A DNA stretch of 64,000 nucleotides from a virus (taxonomy: Duplodnaviria > Caudoviricetes). Within the stretch, counting starts at the first letter, position 1; every line of letters begins with the position of its first letter. The position numbers and the translations under genes were made by a program. The stretch is from the IMG/VR virus record IMGVR_UViG_3300003523_000012, positions 29,904-93,903 of that record; one strand, 5' to 3'. Shown here one piece after another: positions 10,693 through 20,165 of the stretch. The notes under the pieces are model-generated. The model saw nothing but the letters and a program-made list of their open reading frames with translations, had not been told where the DNA came from and did no database searches.

Positions 10693-12393
10693 TTATTCAA
10701 ATATAATAGTCAATGGGTCACTTACTTGAATTGTGTCAATGTTTGTCACAACTCCATTAGTTGTCATTCCATTCTTGAATTTCCATCCACCCATCAATAC
10801 AGGGAATTGGTCATTATTGTCTAGATAGATGTTCCCATGAGCATCTAGCCCAACTCCTGGATTCTCATCAGGCTCAATATAGATAGTTGTAGTCTTTATA
10901 TTGTATTTTTGAGTAGCTGGATTGTAGTTATAAGTCTTTTCTTCGTAAAATCTGTCTATAAGTGCTTGCTCATTCTTTTGTGACAAGAAATACACATCTA
11001 CACCATCTATAGCATTAACATTTCTCTTCAATAAATGAACTATATCAGATTTTGGAATGAAGATATCACTCTGTACATTAGCAAAGAACAGACCTATCTC
11101 AGCTCTTATCTGCTGAGCTATCAAAGCAGTGTCATAATCACCATCTTTCAATTTCACATACACATAACATGCATATTTGCAAATCTCTGGATCAAACACA
11201 TTGAACACAACACCAGCAAGCTGTTCACCAGACATTGCAATAGAATTATATATAGATTGTTTCTGAGTTCTTGACAGCTTGAAGTCTTCTTCTTTCAATC
11301 CAAAATAGTCAGATCCATTCTTAAGATATGCTTTATAGTTTCTCATCACAATAGCATTCACTACCATTGAGCCAGGTTCAGTCCATACACGGTTGTATCC
11401 AACAAATGAGAACTTCTTGAACATTTTTGTGTAATTCTTAGCATCAGCGAGCACAAGCGCACGTGAATTCATTCCAATCATCTCTCTAACTAAATCAATA
11501 TCATCAGAATAGACACCACTTGTGATATAATCTCTATCAACAAGATCAATAGAAAAGATCTTGTTTCCATCAACTTCTTCACCGTCAATAGTTTTCAACT
11601 TGTCTTGAAACAAGAACATAGCACCTTCATCCCAGTCAATATTGCCAGACTCACCATTATGGATAAGATAAGTCACTCTAACTTGCTGCCCATCAGCAAG
11701 AGCTTTACCATATTGGTTGTTTCCAAACACGATGTCAAATCCACTCTTCAATGAAGTTCTAGCTACATACTGGTTGGCATTAGGCTCCATATCATACACA
11801 GATTCAACACGCTCCCATGGCTCATTGTCAACATACACTTCTAGATAGTCAATATCTGCATCACCAGAGAATTTTATGTTCTTAGAGTAAAGCTGGCCAC
11901 CTGTTGAGATGAATTTCTGGGTCTCAAACTCACCTTCTGCTACTGTAAGATACTTGCTAGAGTTGTCACTTTGGAGATTGCAAACTATAGACTCTTGAGG
12001 AAGTATGATGTTGTACCCCATGCCGGTTTGAGAGCTTACAAGCTTAGTCCTATTTGGGATCACAATGCTAGAGACCTGCTCATTATTTGGTTTCCAAGTG
12101 AGTCTTATGACAGCTGTAGTAGACTTTCCCATTGATGGGTTATAGCCACTGATAGATGCTAGATTGTATATAGAGCGCTTTCTCTCAGCAGTGTATTTGT
12201 TCTGCTCAGTCAAAGAGTCTTCTATATAGTACATCATATTCTGGCATGCACTTCCAAGAATATTCACCAGTTGTCCAAATATAGTGTTTGCATTAAAGTT
12301 AGTGTCATATCTAGAAAGAGTGCTAGAAAGACCATTTCTAACTGCATCAAGGAATTTCTCCCATTGTAATTGTATTAAAGAGAATATTTTCAT
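10693..12393 (-). CDS. baseplate wedge subunit, T4 gp6 / baseplate J-like
   Basis: TAERKRSIYNLASISGYNP, IVFGNNQYGK, GESGN, RALVLADAKNY motifs. Confidence 0.75.
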   Translation of the reverse strand: MKIFSLIQLQWEKFLDAVRNGLSSTLSRYDTNFNANTIFGQLVNILGSACQNMMYYIEDSLTEQNKYTAERKRSIYNLASISGYNPSMGKSTTAVIRLTWKPNNEQVSSIVIPNRTKLVSSQTGMGYNIILPQESIVCNLQSDNSSKYLTVAEGEFETQKFISTGGQLYSKNIKFSGDADIDYLEVYVDNEPWERVESVYDMEPNANQYVARTSLKSGFDIVFGNNQYGKALADGQQVRVTYLIHNGESGNIDWDEGAMFLFQDKLKTIDGEEVDGNKIFSIDLVDRDYITSGVYSDDIDLVREMIGMNSRALVLADAKNYTKMFKKFSFVGYNRVWTEPGSMVVNAIVMRNYKAYLKNGSDYFGLKEEDFKLSRTQKQSIYNSIAMSGEQLAGVVFNVFDPEICKYACYVYVKLKDGDYDTALIAQQIRAEIGLFFANVQSDIFIPKSDIVHLLKRNVNAIDGVDVYFLSQKNEQALIDRFYEEKTYNYNPATQKYNIKTTTIYIEPDENPGVGLDAHGNIYLDNNDQFPVLMGGWKFKNGMTTNGVVTNIDTIQVSDPLTIIFE

Positions 12394-12398
12394 ATCTT

Positions 12399-12740
12399 TT
12401 ACTCTACTTTATATATTTTTTGATATTGTTGCCCATTCACATACACATTGACTTCAAGCAATATGATGTCATTGAACTCACCTTTAAGTATTGACACATT
12501 CACGGAGTATGAGTTGCCAAAGAACTCAACATTTTGAGCTAGCTGGTTCTCTGCATATTCTTTTATAACGCTAGTTGGATATGAGAGGTCCCAAATGAAT
12601 GTCTCATACTCACTGCCATATTTTGGCTCACCTATCACATCAGTAGGTGTTGTAGAGAACAACATGTCAATTTGTTGCAGTATCAAATCTACTTCTTCCG
12701 TAAGTTGGATTTCATCTTCAGTTGCGCAAAAATCAATCAT
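12399..12740 (-). CDS. gp25/GPW-like baseplate sheath-initiator protein
   Basis: 113 aa; ILQQIDMLFST...GEPKYGS; directly upstream of gp6-like gene. Confidence 0.7.
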   Translation of the reverse strand: MIDFCATEDEIQLTEEVDLILQQIDMLFSTTPTDVIGEPKYGSEYETFIWDLSYPTSVIKEYAENQLAQNVEFFGNSYSVNVSILKGEFNDIILLEVNVYVNGQQYQKIYKVE

Positions 12741-12753
12741 TTATAGTATCAAT

Positions 12754-14286
12754 TTATTCAAGGGTGTAATTGCCAGTTGTGATGATCTCATCATTATCAT
12801 CTAAGATATAGAAGATCCCATTCTCAATTTCTTCTGGAAGCTGTTTTCCAACAACTTTGAAGATCACATTAGAGCTTTGTCTTCCATACTCAACAAAATC
12901 AACATCAGCAATTCTTAGTGTGAAGGTCTCGACATAGTTCTTGTACTCTCTAAGATTTATAGCAATGTTCTCAGTAGCACTTGGATGCACTACTATGCTG
13001 TTGCTAGCTTGAGTCCTTATAAACACAGGTCTAGTTAAGTTGTTCTTGAAATCATTAGGCTTGTCTATATTGATTATTTGTTTCTGGGTCTTGTTCACTA
13101 TATTTATTGTATCCATATTGTTGAATGATGTTGTATTGTTGTCATTGTCAAACTCACTCAAGACTGAGTCTATATCCACTGGCACTTCATTTGCAAGTAT
13201 CTTTGCAAACATGTTTTGGTCTACACTTATAGAGTTACTCAATAGTGTGAGCATTGGCAACTCATCGACTTTTATCTCAGTCACAGCTTTGAATTGCAAT
13301 CCAGCAGAGAACTCATTCCATGAGTTGAATTTTATTGTAGAGAACTGGTCATCTGGATCTGGAATTACATAGAAATCAACTCCACTTCCTGATCCATTTC
13401 CACTTCCTGATCCAGTCTCAGCATAGATGTTGTAAATGTTTTCATTATCAAACAATGTGAGAGTAGAGCTTAAAGATATTGGGTCACTCCCACCAAGCTT
13501 GTAAGTCTCATTTATGTATTCTTCTAAATTGTTATATATCCCATTGTACACAAAGTCTAGATGGATAGTGGATGGAGCAATGTAGCTTATTAGAGTAGTC
13601 AAAGTCATGTTCTCATCATTAGATAGCAGCAATGAGTTCATTCCACCAAGATAGTTATCAAGCTTTGACCATTGTGTGTCAGAAAGCTTTTTGACTGGAT
13701 GGATCTCAATAGTGAGCATGCTTCCAGTATTGTTCAAATTTGCTGGCTCACCACAAACCTGTTGTCTGAATCTGGCCCAATCATCAGAGTAAGCTAACTC
13801 CCATGGGTCTGGAAAGATGATGTTGATGTACTCCATATATCTTATGTTGTTCATCTCTTTCTTTCCAGGATAAGAGATTGCATTTCTTCTATCTAGAACA
13901 GTCTCATTCAAGACAATCTTGTCACCATTGATATAAGTATATGCAGAGAACACATAAAGCCAGTTTCCAGTATAAGTCTCTACACTGTAAGTTGGGAAAT
14001 ACACATTCACAGAGCTCAAGTTCACATGGTCTGGAATAAAGTCCTGCTGTGTTCTTGGATCATTGTCTTCAATGAGGTTCCATTGGTTTGTGTTTCTCTC
14101 TGCATCTTTTATGTTTGAGTTCTGGAACATGTTCACAAATTGGAATATGTTCTCACCAACAGATCCAATACCTTGATTGATGTAAGCAAAGTTCCCACTT
14201 TCAACAGACTCAATGTTGTCAACATACTCAACCCCATAGCGAAATTGTTTCCTGCCATTGTATATATTAATTTGAGTCTGTTGCAT
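12754..14286 (-). CDS. hypothetical structural protein
   Basis: 510 aa, first gene of baseplate operon. Confidence 0.7.
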   Translation of the reverse strand: MQQTQINIYNGRKQFRYGVEYVDNIESVESGNFAYINQGIGSVGENIFQFVNMFQNSNIKDAERNTNQWNLIEDNDPRTQQDFIPDHVNLSSVNVYFPTYSVETYTGNWLYVFSAYTYINGDKIVLNETVLDRRNAISYPGKKEMNNIRYMEYINIIFPDPWELAYSDDWARFRQQVCGEPANLNNTGSMLTIEIHPVKKLSDTQWSKLDNYLGGMNSLLLSNDENMTLTTLISYIAPSTIHLDFVYNGIYNNLEEYINETYKLGGSDPISLSSTLTLFDNENIYNIYAETGSGSGNGSGSGVDFYVIPDPDDQFSTIKFNSWNEFSAGLQFKAVTEIKVDELPMLTLLSNSISVDQNMFAKILANEVPVDIDSVLSEFDNDNNTTSFNNMDTINIVNKTQKQIINIDKPNDFKNNLTRPVFIRTQASNSIVVHPSATENIAINLREYKNYVETFTLRIADVDFVEYGRQSSNVIFKVVGKQLPEEIENGIFYILDDNDEIITTGNYTLE

Positions 14287-14366
14287 TTATAGCCTTTTGT
14301 TTTGTAAATAATAACTGAATTAGAAATGCTTTTATAATATGTTGATACCAAATAAACCATTTTAGA

Positions 14367-17246
14367 ATGATTTTAGATTATACTTTTTCAAAGCAAGACA
14401 AGAGATTTGAAGTCTCTTACATTACTGAGAAAGGTCAGAAGTCATTCCTTACTTTTGATAACCTGAGTCGGTTCAAGACTTACTACTACACACCAGCAGG
14501 AGAGTTTGACACTTATGATGGAGCAAAAGCAGGGATATGCTATACTGACTCTCCAAGCAAGTTTGACATCAAGGAGTATCTCACAGAGCTTCCTGACCAA
14601 TACAAAAGCTTGATCTCACAAAAAACTTATCCTAAGTTGTACACATTCGATATTGAGACCAAGATCTCTGAGACTGGTGAGTTCCCAGACCCAGCAATAG
14701 CAAAGCAAGAGATCACAACTATATCTGTTGTGTCTCCAGATTTGAATGCTATAGTGTTTGGAACTAAGGCATTGAGTCAAGAAGAGCTAGCTTATTGTGA
14801 GAAGTCATTCAAGGAATATGTAGAAGCTAATGAATTCTTCCAGACTTTGAAGAAACCTACTCCAACATTCAAATACATATTATGTGACAATGAGAAAGAG
14901 ATGTTGAGATTATTCTTGACAAGGATAGTTGCAAAAGTCTCAATATTAGCTGGTTGGAACTCAATATTGTTTGACTGGCAATATATAGTGAATCGTATAA
15001 AGAACAATTATCCAATGCTTTCTCTTAAGTTAGCTAGTTGCACTAAACAATTGACTAAGAAGAGATTCACATCTCGCTTGGGTGATAAGATTGATCTTCC
15101 TATGCCAGTTCACACTCTTATTCTGGATATGATGGACATCATCAAAGATGACATCACAATCATGCCAATCAAAGAGTCACTTGGACTTGACTATATAGCT
15201 TCAGAGTCAGTGAAAGCTAACAAGATCAAGTATGATGGGACACTTCAAGACTTGTATAACAATGACTATAAGAATTATGTGTTCTACAACTGCATCGACT
15301 CTGTGTTGGTACAATTGATAGACTATAGGTTCCGTTGTCTTGAACTTTATTACCAATATGCTTTGTATTGCAATGAGAAGATAGGGAACTGCTTCTCTCC
15401 TATTGCTCTTACTGAGTCATTAGTGTTCAAAGACTTCTATGAGAATGGAGTCAAGATTGTGTATCAGAAAGCTGAGACACCAGAAAGAACACCATTGATT
15501 GGTGCATATGTAAAAGTCCCAATTCCTGGCAAATACAAGTTCATATGCTGCAATGACTTTGCTTCTCTGTATCCATCAACAATCATCACATGCAACATCT
15601 CATTTGAGAACTATGTTGGTGCATTCTATGATGAAGCTAAGCTTGAGTATTTCAGAAAGCAAGAAGGAAAATATCTGATCATTGGTGGGCAAGTCTACAA
15701 GAATGATGGGAAACCAAATAAGCCATCAATTGGTGAGTTTATTGGAAACTTCATTGATGAGAAGAGACTAGAGAAGTACAAGAAAGACAAGAACTACTTT
15801 GTCAGTGTGAATGGACACGTGTATAGAAATGACAAAGAGTACACATTCAAGAGAATCCAAAGAAAACTTAAAGCTGAGAGGAACATTGACAAGTATCTTG
15901 GCAAGAAGATTGAAGCAGAAGTAGTTACAGATATCAGACATCTCATAAAAGGTGCGGATGAGAAGCTCCATACTTATGAAGCAGACATTATAGAGTCATT
16001 AGAGCAGCTTGGATATAAAGGATATTCTTGTGGTGAAGACTTTAGAAAGCTTTCTGTTGAAGAGTTGAAAGATGCTGAGAGAATAATCTACGCAGAGTGC
16101 AAGTTCAAAGAGTCACATCAGATGGCTATGAAGTTGCTAGGTAACTCAATGTACGGAGGATGCTCACATGTTGCTTTCTATTTCTATAATATGAACTTAG
16201 CAAATGATATCACTGGTGAAGCAAGAAATGTGATTCACATGATGGAGCATCATATTCCTAAGTTCTTTGAAGACAATTGGTTTGATATGAAAGAAGAGCA
16301 CAAGAGATGGGGCATTGAAGTAGACCAGTCACTTAGAGGCAAAGTCAAGAATTTGTGTATACCTATATATGGTGATACTGATTCTATATATTCATCTTAC
16401 CAGAATCTGCTCAAGACTATTAAAGGAATTGACAAGATGACGGATTCAGAAAAATTGAACATCATCTTGAATTTGAACACAGACTTCTTGGACAAGCACA
16501 ATTTTGAGTATATGAGAGACTATTATGCAAAAAGATTTGTAGATTCTGTCCAGAATTTTGAATTAGAGACAATTGCCTCATCTGGAGTGTGGCTCACATC
16601 TAAAAAGAAGTATGCACAGATACTCCTATGGAAAGATGGAACGTTCTATGATGCAGATGATCTCCCAATGAAGATCAAAGGATTGGAAGTTGTGAAGTCT
16701 AGCACATCTAAAGTGGCTAGAACTCAACTCAAAGAGATCATTCGAAGACTTCTTGAGATTAATGACACACCAGAGAATGAGACTCAACTGATGAACATTG
16801 AAGTCCAGAAAAAGAAAAATGAGTTCTTGAAGTGTGATGTTGAGTCAGTTAGTGGAAGCTGCAATGTGAACACTTATAGAAATTATGTCATATCTGATGA
16901 TGGAGATCAGCCAGAGTTCAGGCCAAAAGTCCCATACAATGTTCGTGCATTAGCTTTATATAACAACATTATCAAGAAAAAGCACTTCAAAGAAGAGCCA
17001 ATCTATGCTGGAAAGCTCAAATGGTACATTGTGAAATCTAGAATGAAAACTAAAGACACTCAATATTTTGCATTCCAGTCAAAGAATCTTCCAGATTGGA
17101 GTCAAGACTTTGCACCGATAGACAAAAAGACTATGTTCCAAAAGCAAGTGCTAGACCCATTCAATAGGATCTTGGAATCAATTGGCTATAAGAAACTTGA
17201 GATTGATGGCAATATCCAAACAGATCTGTTTTCACTATTCATGTAG
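14367..17246 (+). CDS. family B DNA polymerase (T4 gp43-like)
   Basis: exonuclease motifs DIET, GWNSILFD, YNCID; polymerase motifs DFASLYPS, KLLGNSMYG, YGDTDS. Confidence 0.97.
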   Translation: MILDYTFSKQDKRFEVSYITEKGQKSFLTFDNLSRFKTYYYTPAGEFDTYDGAKAGICYTDSPSKFDIKEYLTELPDQYKSLISQKTYPKLYTFDIETKISETGEFPDPAIAKQEITTISVVSPDLNAIVFGTKALSQEELAYCEKSFKEYVEANEFFQTLKKPTPTFKYILCDNEKEMLRLFLTRIVAKVSILAGWNSILFDWQYIVNRIKNNYPMLSLKLASCTKQLTKKRFTSRLGDKIDLPMPVHTLILDMMDIIKDDITIMPIKESLGLDYIASESVKANKIKYDGTLQDLYNNDYKNYVFYNCIDSVLVQLIDYRFRCLELYYQYALYCNEKIGNCFSPIALTESLVFKDFYENGVKIVYQKAETPERTPLIGAYVKVPIPGKYKFICCNDFASLYPSTIITCNISFENYVGAFYDEAKLEYFRKQEGKYLIIGGQVYKNDGKPNKPSIGEFIGNFIDEKRLEKYKKDKNYFVSVNGHVYRNDKEYTFKRIQRKLKAERNIDKYLGKKIEAEVVTDIRHLIKGADEKLHTYEADIIESLEQLGYKGYSCGEDFRKLSVEELKDAERIIYAECKFKESHQMAMKLLGNSMYGGCSHVAFYFYNMNLANDITGEARNVIHMMEHHIPKFFEDNWFDMKEEHKRWGIEVDQSLRGKVKNLCIPIYGDTDSIYSSYQNLLKTIKGIDKMTDSEKLNIILNLNTDFLDKHNFEYMRDYYAKRFVDSVQNFELETIASSGVWLTSKKKYAQILLWKDGTFYDADDLPMKIKGLEVVKSSTSKVARTQLKEIIRRLLEINDTPENETQLMNIEVQKKKNEFLKCDVESVSGSCNVNTYRNYVISDDGDQPEFRPKVPYNVRALALYNNIIKKKHFKEEPIYAGKLKWYIVKSRMKTKDTQYFAFQSKNLPDWSQDFAPIDKKTMFQKQVLDPFNRILESIGYKKLEIDGNIQTDLFSLFM

Positions 17247-17321
17247 AAAAATTTAATTATTAAAAATCATAGCTTATTATATATCTTGAATTATAACAAA
17301 AGAAATTTTAATTCCTTTTCA

Positions 17322-17408
17322 ATGACACAAAACTTGCACATAGCAGCCAATATTTATCGCCCAAGTTCACTTAATACAGAATTTGGCAAAGATTGGTCTA
17401 TGCTATAG
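17322..17408 (+). CDS. putative leader peptide MTQNLHIAANIYRPSSLNTEFGKDWSML
   Basis: 28 codons; TAG stop overlaps antiterminator arm GGGCAGG. Confidence 0.6.
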   Translation: MTQNLHIAANIYRPSSLNTEFGKDWSML

Positions 17409-17469
17409 GGCAGGTGGATGTGATTATATAATATCTCTTAAGCCTGCCCAGAAATGAGCAGGTTTTTTT
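17408..17469 (+). terminator. attenuator: terminator gcctgccca-GAAA-tgagcaggt-T tract with competing antiterminator arm
   Basis: gggcagg (17408-17414) is complementary to cctgccc (17443-17449). Confidence 0.7.
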
Positions 17470-17472
17470 GTT

Positions 17473-17501
17473 GTTAAATACCAAAAGGATTGAGATATAT
17501 T
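17473..17501 (+). promoter_or_regulatory. putative phage promoter GTTAA-N18-TATATT
   Basis: motif upstream of first tRNA block. Confidence 0.55.
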
Positions 17502-17591
17502 AGAACCGTTGACGAATGATAAACAACACTCGTTAACTCTAAAGAAACTGAAATATATTGACACTGATGAGTCATTAAAACATCAAATTGA

Positions 17592-17615
17592 GTTCTTTGA
17601 CATATTGGCTAGAAT
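17592..17615 (+). promoter_or_regulatory. boxA-like antitermination element
   Basis: gttctttgacatattggctagaat; 23/24 identical to 22040-22063. Confidence 0.6.
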
Positions 17616-17712
17616 GCATGAATGAAAGAAAATTATTTGGGTGAACCTGAATGAGGAAATGAATTTGATCTGAAAAGATCTACTTATTCAGGAGCCCTTC
17701 ACCCATCACAAT

Positions 17713-17800
17713 AGCATTGTTTGGTTGATGCCGCCGAGGGAGGTATCACGGTTCATATAGAACTCTGAACGGTCTGCTTGCCGGTGTCAAGAACAATGCT
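17713..17800 (+). ncRNA. unassigned structured RNA
   Basis: closing stem agcattgtt/aacaatgct. Confidence 0.45.
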
Positions 17801-17805
17801 CATAT

Positions 17806-17890
17806 GCGCCCGTAGCTCAGTTGGTTTGCGAAAGCTTAGAGTACGTGACTTTTAATCTCGGGGTCGTGGGTTCGAGTCCCACTGGGCGCA
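17806..17890 (+). tRNA. tRNA-Lys(TTT), enlarged D-loop
   Basis: cloverleaf; anticodon loop CTTTTAA. Confidence 0.85.
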
Positions 17891-17895
17891 CAAAA

Positions 17896-17971
17896 GGCAG
17901 CTGACGAGCACTCGGTAGTGCATTGCCTTCGAAAGAAGCGAAGGTACGGTTCAACTCCGTCTCAGAGGCCT
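17896..17971 (+). pseudogene. degenerate tRNA-like element
   Basis: D-arm and T-arm (acggttcaactccgt) present; no regular anticodon arm. Confidence 0.45.
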
Positions 17972-17976
17972 TATTT

Positions 17977-18051
17977 GGGGGAGTAGCTTCAATCGGTTAG
18001 AGCGGCGGCCTGTTAAGCCGATGGTTGTGGGTTCGAGTCCCACCTCCCCCG
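17977..18051 (+). tRNA. tRNA-Asn(GTT)
   Basis: cloverleaf; loop CTGTTAA. Confidence 0.93.
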
Positions 18052-18064
18052 CAAAAAAAAAAAT

Positions 18065-18147
18065 GGGAGTGCGCCAACGATGGTGAGTTGGGGCGGACTG
18101 TAAATCCGTTGCCTTAGGCTTAGTAGGTTCGAATCCTACCACTCCCA
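18065..18147 (+). tRNA. tRNA-Tyr(GTA)
   Basis: loop CTGTAAA; long variable arm. Confidence 0.93.
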
Positions 18148-18166
18148 CGAAATTAATAAGAATAAT

Positions 18167-18239
18167 GGAGCTCTGGTGTAACTGGTGTGCTCGCTGGACT
18201 GAAAATCCAGAGGTCGTCGTTCGAATCGGCGGGGCTCCA
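18167..18239 (+). tRNA. tRNA-Phe(GAA)
   Basis: loop CTGAAAA. Confidence 0.92.
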
Positions 18240-18242
18240 CTA

Positions 18243-18451
18243 AAGTCAAGAACAGACCACCAAGTAGCGATCGGGGTAAGTCTTATAATAATGTCGACTT
18301 AGTTTGAGATGTTGTCTCGGAGCGTAAGAGCTGCCGTCAGCCCGATGAACGGTGTTGGTATCGTGAGGTGCCATAGGATGCAACGCAACAGTGCAGTTTG
18401 TGAAGAGCATATAATCAATACACTGCCATTGCTCGTAAATTTTCTTGACTT
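18243..18451 (+). ncRNA. unassigned ~210-nt structured RNA
   Basis: closing stem aagtcaagaa/ttcttgactt; GC-rich internal hairpins. Confidence 0.55.
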
Positions 18452-18457
18452 ATTTTT

Positions 18458-18532
18458 AGGGAGTTAGCTCAGAGAGAAGAGTGTCACTGAACGTGGAGGT
18501 GAAGGTCGGTGGTTCGATTCCATCACTCCCAA
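18458..18532 (+). ncRNA. tRNA-like RNA with irregular anticodon loop
   Basis: acceptor, D and T arms present; loop tgaacgtggag. Confidence 0.55.
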
Positions 18533-18759
18533 CAAATGTCTTTCTTTGGTGTAATCTTGCAATGAATTAGTTACACTTGAACCAGATTATCAAACACCGG
18601 TTGTAGATATTCTAAGTTTGGTGTGACATGTTCAAAACTGATCCAGAGAGTTTTGTGAGAAGCGGCCGCTTCTCACACGACACGAAGAGTACCAGAATAG
18701 CATACCTGTCATGGGACAGGAGATGAGATAGCAGTAATGTCTCAAGTTAGACTTTTTTT

Positions 18760-18843
18760 GGAGAATTAACTGCAGCGGCCTGCAGACCGGTCTTGAAAAC
18801 CGTGGGAGTGTAACAGCTTGGGGATCGACACCTCAGTTCTCCG
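18760..18843 (+). tRNA. tRNA-Ser(TGA)
   Basis: loop CTTGAAA; long variable arm. Confidence 0.9.
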
Positions 18844-18853
18844 CAAATATTTT

Positions 18854-18927
18854 GGACCTATAGTCCCAGTGGTCTAGGATGCCTGACTGTCTATCAGGAG
18901 GCCCGGGTTCGAGTCCCGGTAGGTCCG
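18854..18927 (+). tRNA. tRNA-Asp(GTC)
   Basis: loop CTGTCTA. Confidence 0.93.
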
Positions 18928-18933
18928 CTTTTT

Positions 18934-19006
18934 GCCGGTATAGCTCAATTGGCAGAGCGCCGCATTTGTAATGCGATGGTTGTGGGTTCGATTCCCTCTA
19001 CCGGCT
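18934..19006 (+). tRNA. tRNA-Thr(TGT)
   Basis: loop TTTGTAA. Confidence 0.92.
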
Positions 19007-19012
19007 CAAAAT

Positions 19013-19073
19013 GGAAGTCATACAGCAAATCTTAAAAACTTCTAATGGTGTAGAAAAGAAAATTGACTTCTGA
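19013..19073 (+). ncRNA. ACAGCAA-stem small RNA (Y RNA-like candidate)
   Basis: ggaagtca-tACAGCAA...tgacttct-ga. Confidence 0.65.
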
Positions 19074-19076
19074 ATT

Positions 19077-19149
19077 GCCTTTGTAGCTCAATAGGTAGAG
19101 CTGGATCCTCTTAAGATCAGGGCTAAGGGTTCGAGTCCCTTCGAAGGCA
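19077..19149 (+). tRNA. tRNA-Lys(CTT)
   Basis: loop CTCTTAA. Confidence 0.9.
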
Positions 19150-19155
19150 CAAAAT

Positions 19156-19230
19156 GGTCCCTTAGCTCAGTTTGGTTAGAGCGCCTGACTCATAATCAGA
19201 TGGTCGTAGGTTCAAGTCCTACAGGGACCA
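19156..19230 (+). tRNA. tRNA-CAT (probably Ile2)
   Basis: loop CTCATAA; GGTCCCT acceptor. Confidence 0.85.
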
Positions 19231-19243
19231 CAAAAATAAACAT

Positions 19244-19318
19244 TGCGGGATAGAGCAGTGGTCTTAGCTCGTCAGGCTCATAACCTGGAGGTCGGGGGTT
19301 CGAATCCCTCTCCCGCTA
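19244..19318 (+). tRNA. tRNA-fMet(CAT)
   Basis: unpaired 1:72; initiator-type D arm tagagcagtggt. Confidence 0.88.
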
Positions 19319-19324
19319 CAAAAT

Positions 19325-19398
19325 GGGCCCATAGTGATAGTTGGTTAGCACGGAAGCTTTGCAAGCTTTTAGCCTGGGTTCGAGTCCCAGTGGGTCCA
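19325..19398 (+). tRNA. tRNA-Ala(TGC)
   Basis: loop TTTGCAA; G3:U70. Confidence 0.93.
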
Positions 19399-19406
19399 CA
19401 AGAACA

Positions 19407-19479
19407 TGGGTCTTTAGTATAATTGGTAGTATGGTGGTCTCCAAAACCATTGGTTGAGGTTCGAATCCTTGAGGGCCTG
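19407..19479 (+). tRNA. tRNA-Trp(CCA)
   Basis: loop CTCCAAA. Confidence 0.9.
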
Positions 19480-19485
19480 CAATAT

Positions 19486-19593
19486 TACAATATGGTGTAA
19501 TGGTAACACACTCCTCATGCGGGATCGGATCGCGCACCGAATGAAGTTCTTAAATGAGCTAAGAGATGTGGGTTCAACCCCCACTATTGTATC
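19486..19593 (+). ncRNA. tRNA-like RNA with large insertion replacing the anticodon arm
   Basis: tacaata/tattgta acceptor; D arm gtgtaatggtaacac; T arm gtgggttcaacccccac. Confidence 0.6.
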
Positions 19594-19625
19594 AAATTAT
19601 GTCTAACAAATTAAATTCAAAAAAG

Positions 19626-19676
19626 ATGAAAAAGTACACACAACTGTAGGTTTGTATCTTAGATGTTCCTCCGTAA
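19626..19676 (+). CDS. putative regulatory minigene MKKYTQL*(TAG)VCILDVPP
   Basis: A-rich leader, ATG, internal TAG at 19647, ends Pro-Pro-TAA. Confidence 0.4.
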
Positions 19677-19742
19677 TTAAGATGATTTTCTATTAAAAGT
19701 AATCAATTCAAAAATTCATTATTCAAATAAAAAATCATCAAA

Positions 19743-20165
19743 ATGAAAAAAGAACAATTTTTAAGATTCAAAGAAGACCTCAAGAAAGAGGCAAAAGAGC
19801 AAAAAGAATTAAAGAACCAAAGAAAATTTGTCCACATTAAAGGTAAGAGGACAATTAATCCTTATGATGCAGCTTGGAAAGTAAGATCGAATAGATGGGA
19901 GCTTGATAAGAAGTATGTCATCTATTATATCTTTAAACATAGAATTGAGGTGACATCATACAACAAGGAACAGGTAATCTGGGATGCATATGTGAAACTG
20001 CATCAGCAATACAGTACCGCTCGCAGAGAACTCACTCTGACAAACGGCAAGAAGCAAATTAGTTATTACATCGACGCTCCAGACGGCCGTGACTACACTC
20101 CTGAGGATGCAATGTATGATTTGATCAAAAGATATGACAAGATTATCAAACAATATGGGAACTAA
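19743..20165 (+). CDS. hypothetical basic protein
   Basis: 140-aa ORF inside RNA island. Confidence 0.8.
   Translation: MKKEQFLRFKEDLKKEAKEQKELKNQRKFVHIKGKRTINPYDAAWKVRSNRWELDKKYVIYYIFKHRIEVTSYNKEQVIWDAYVKLHQQYSTARRELTLTNGKKQISYYIDAPDGRDYTPEDAMYDLIKRYDKIIKQYGN

Noticed and set aside
17247-17321. Open in-frame link between the DNA polymerase TAG and the leader peptide
   Set aside because: 25 stop-free AT-rich codons can occur by chance, and the polymerase ends in a typical clamp-binding-like QTDLFSLF motif.
17564-17630. Hammerhead ribozyme at ctgatgag
   Set aside because: Could not build stem II, GAAA and the cleavage triplet in the correct geometry.
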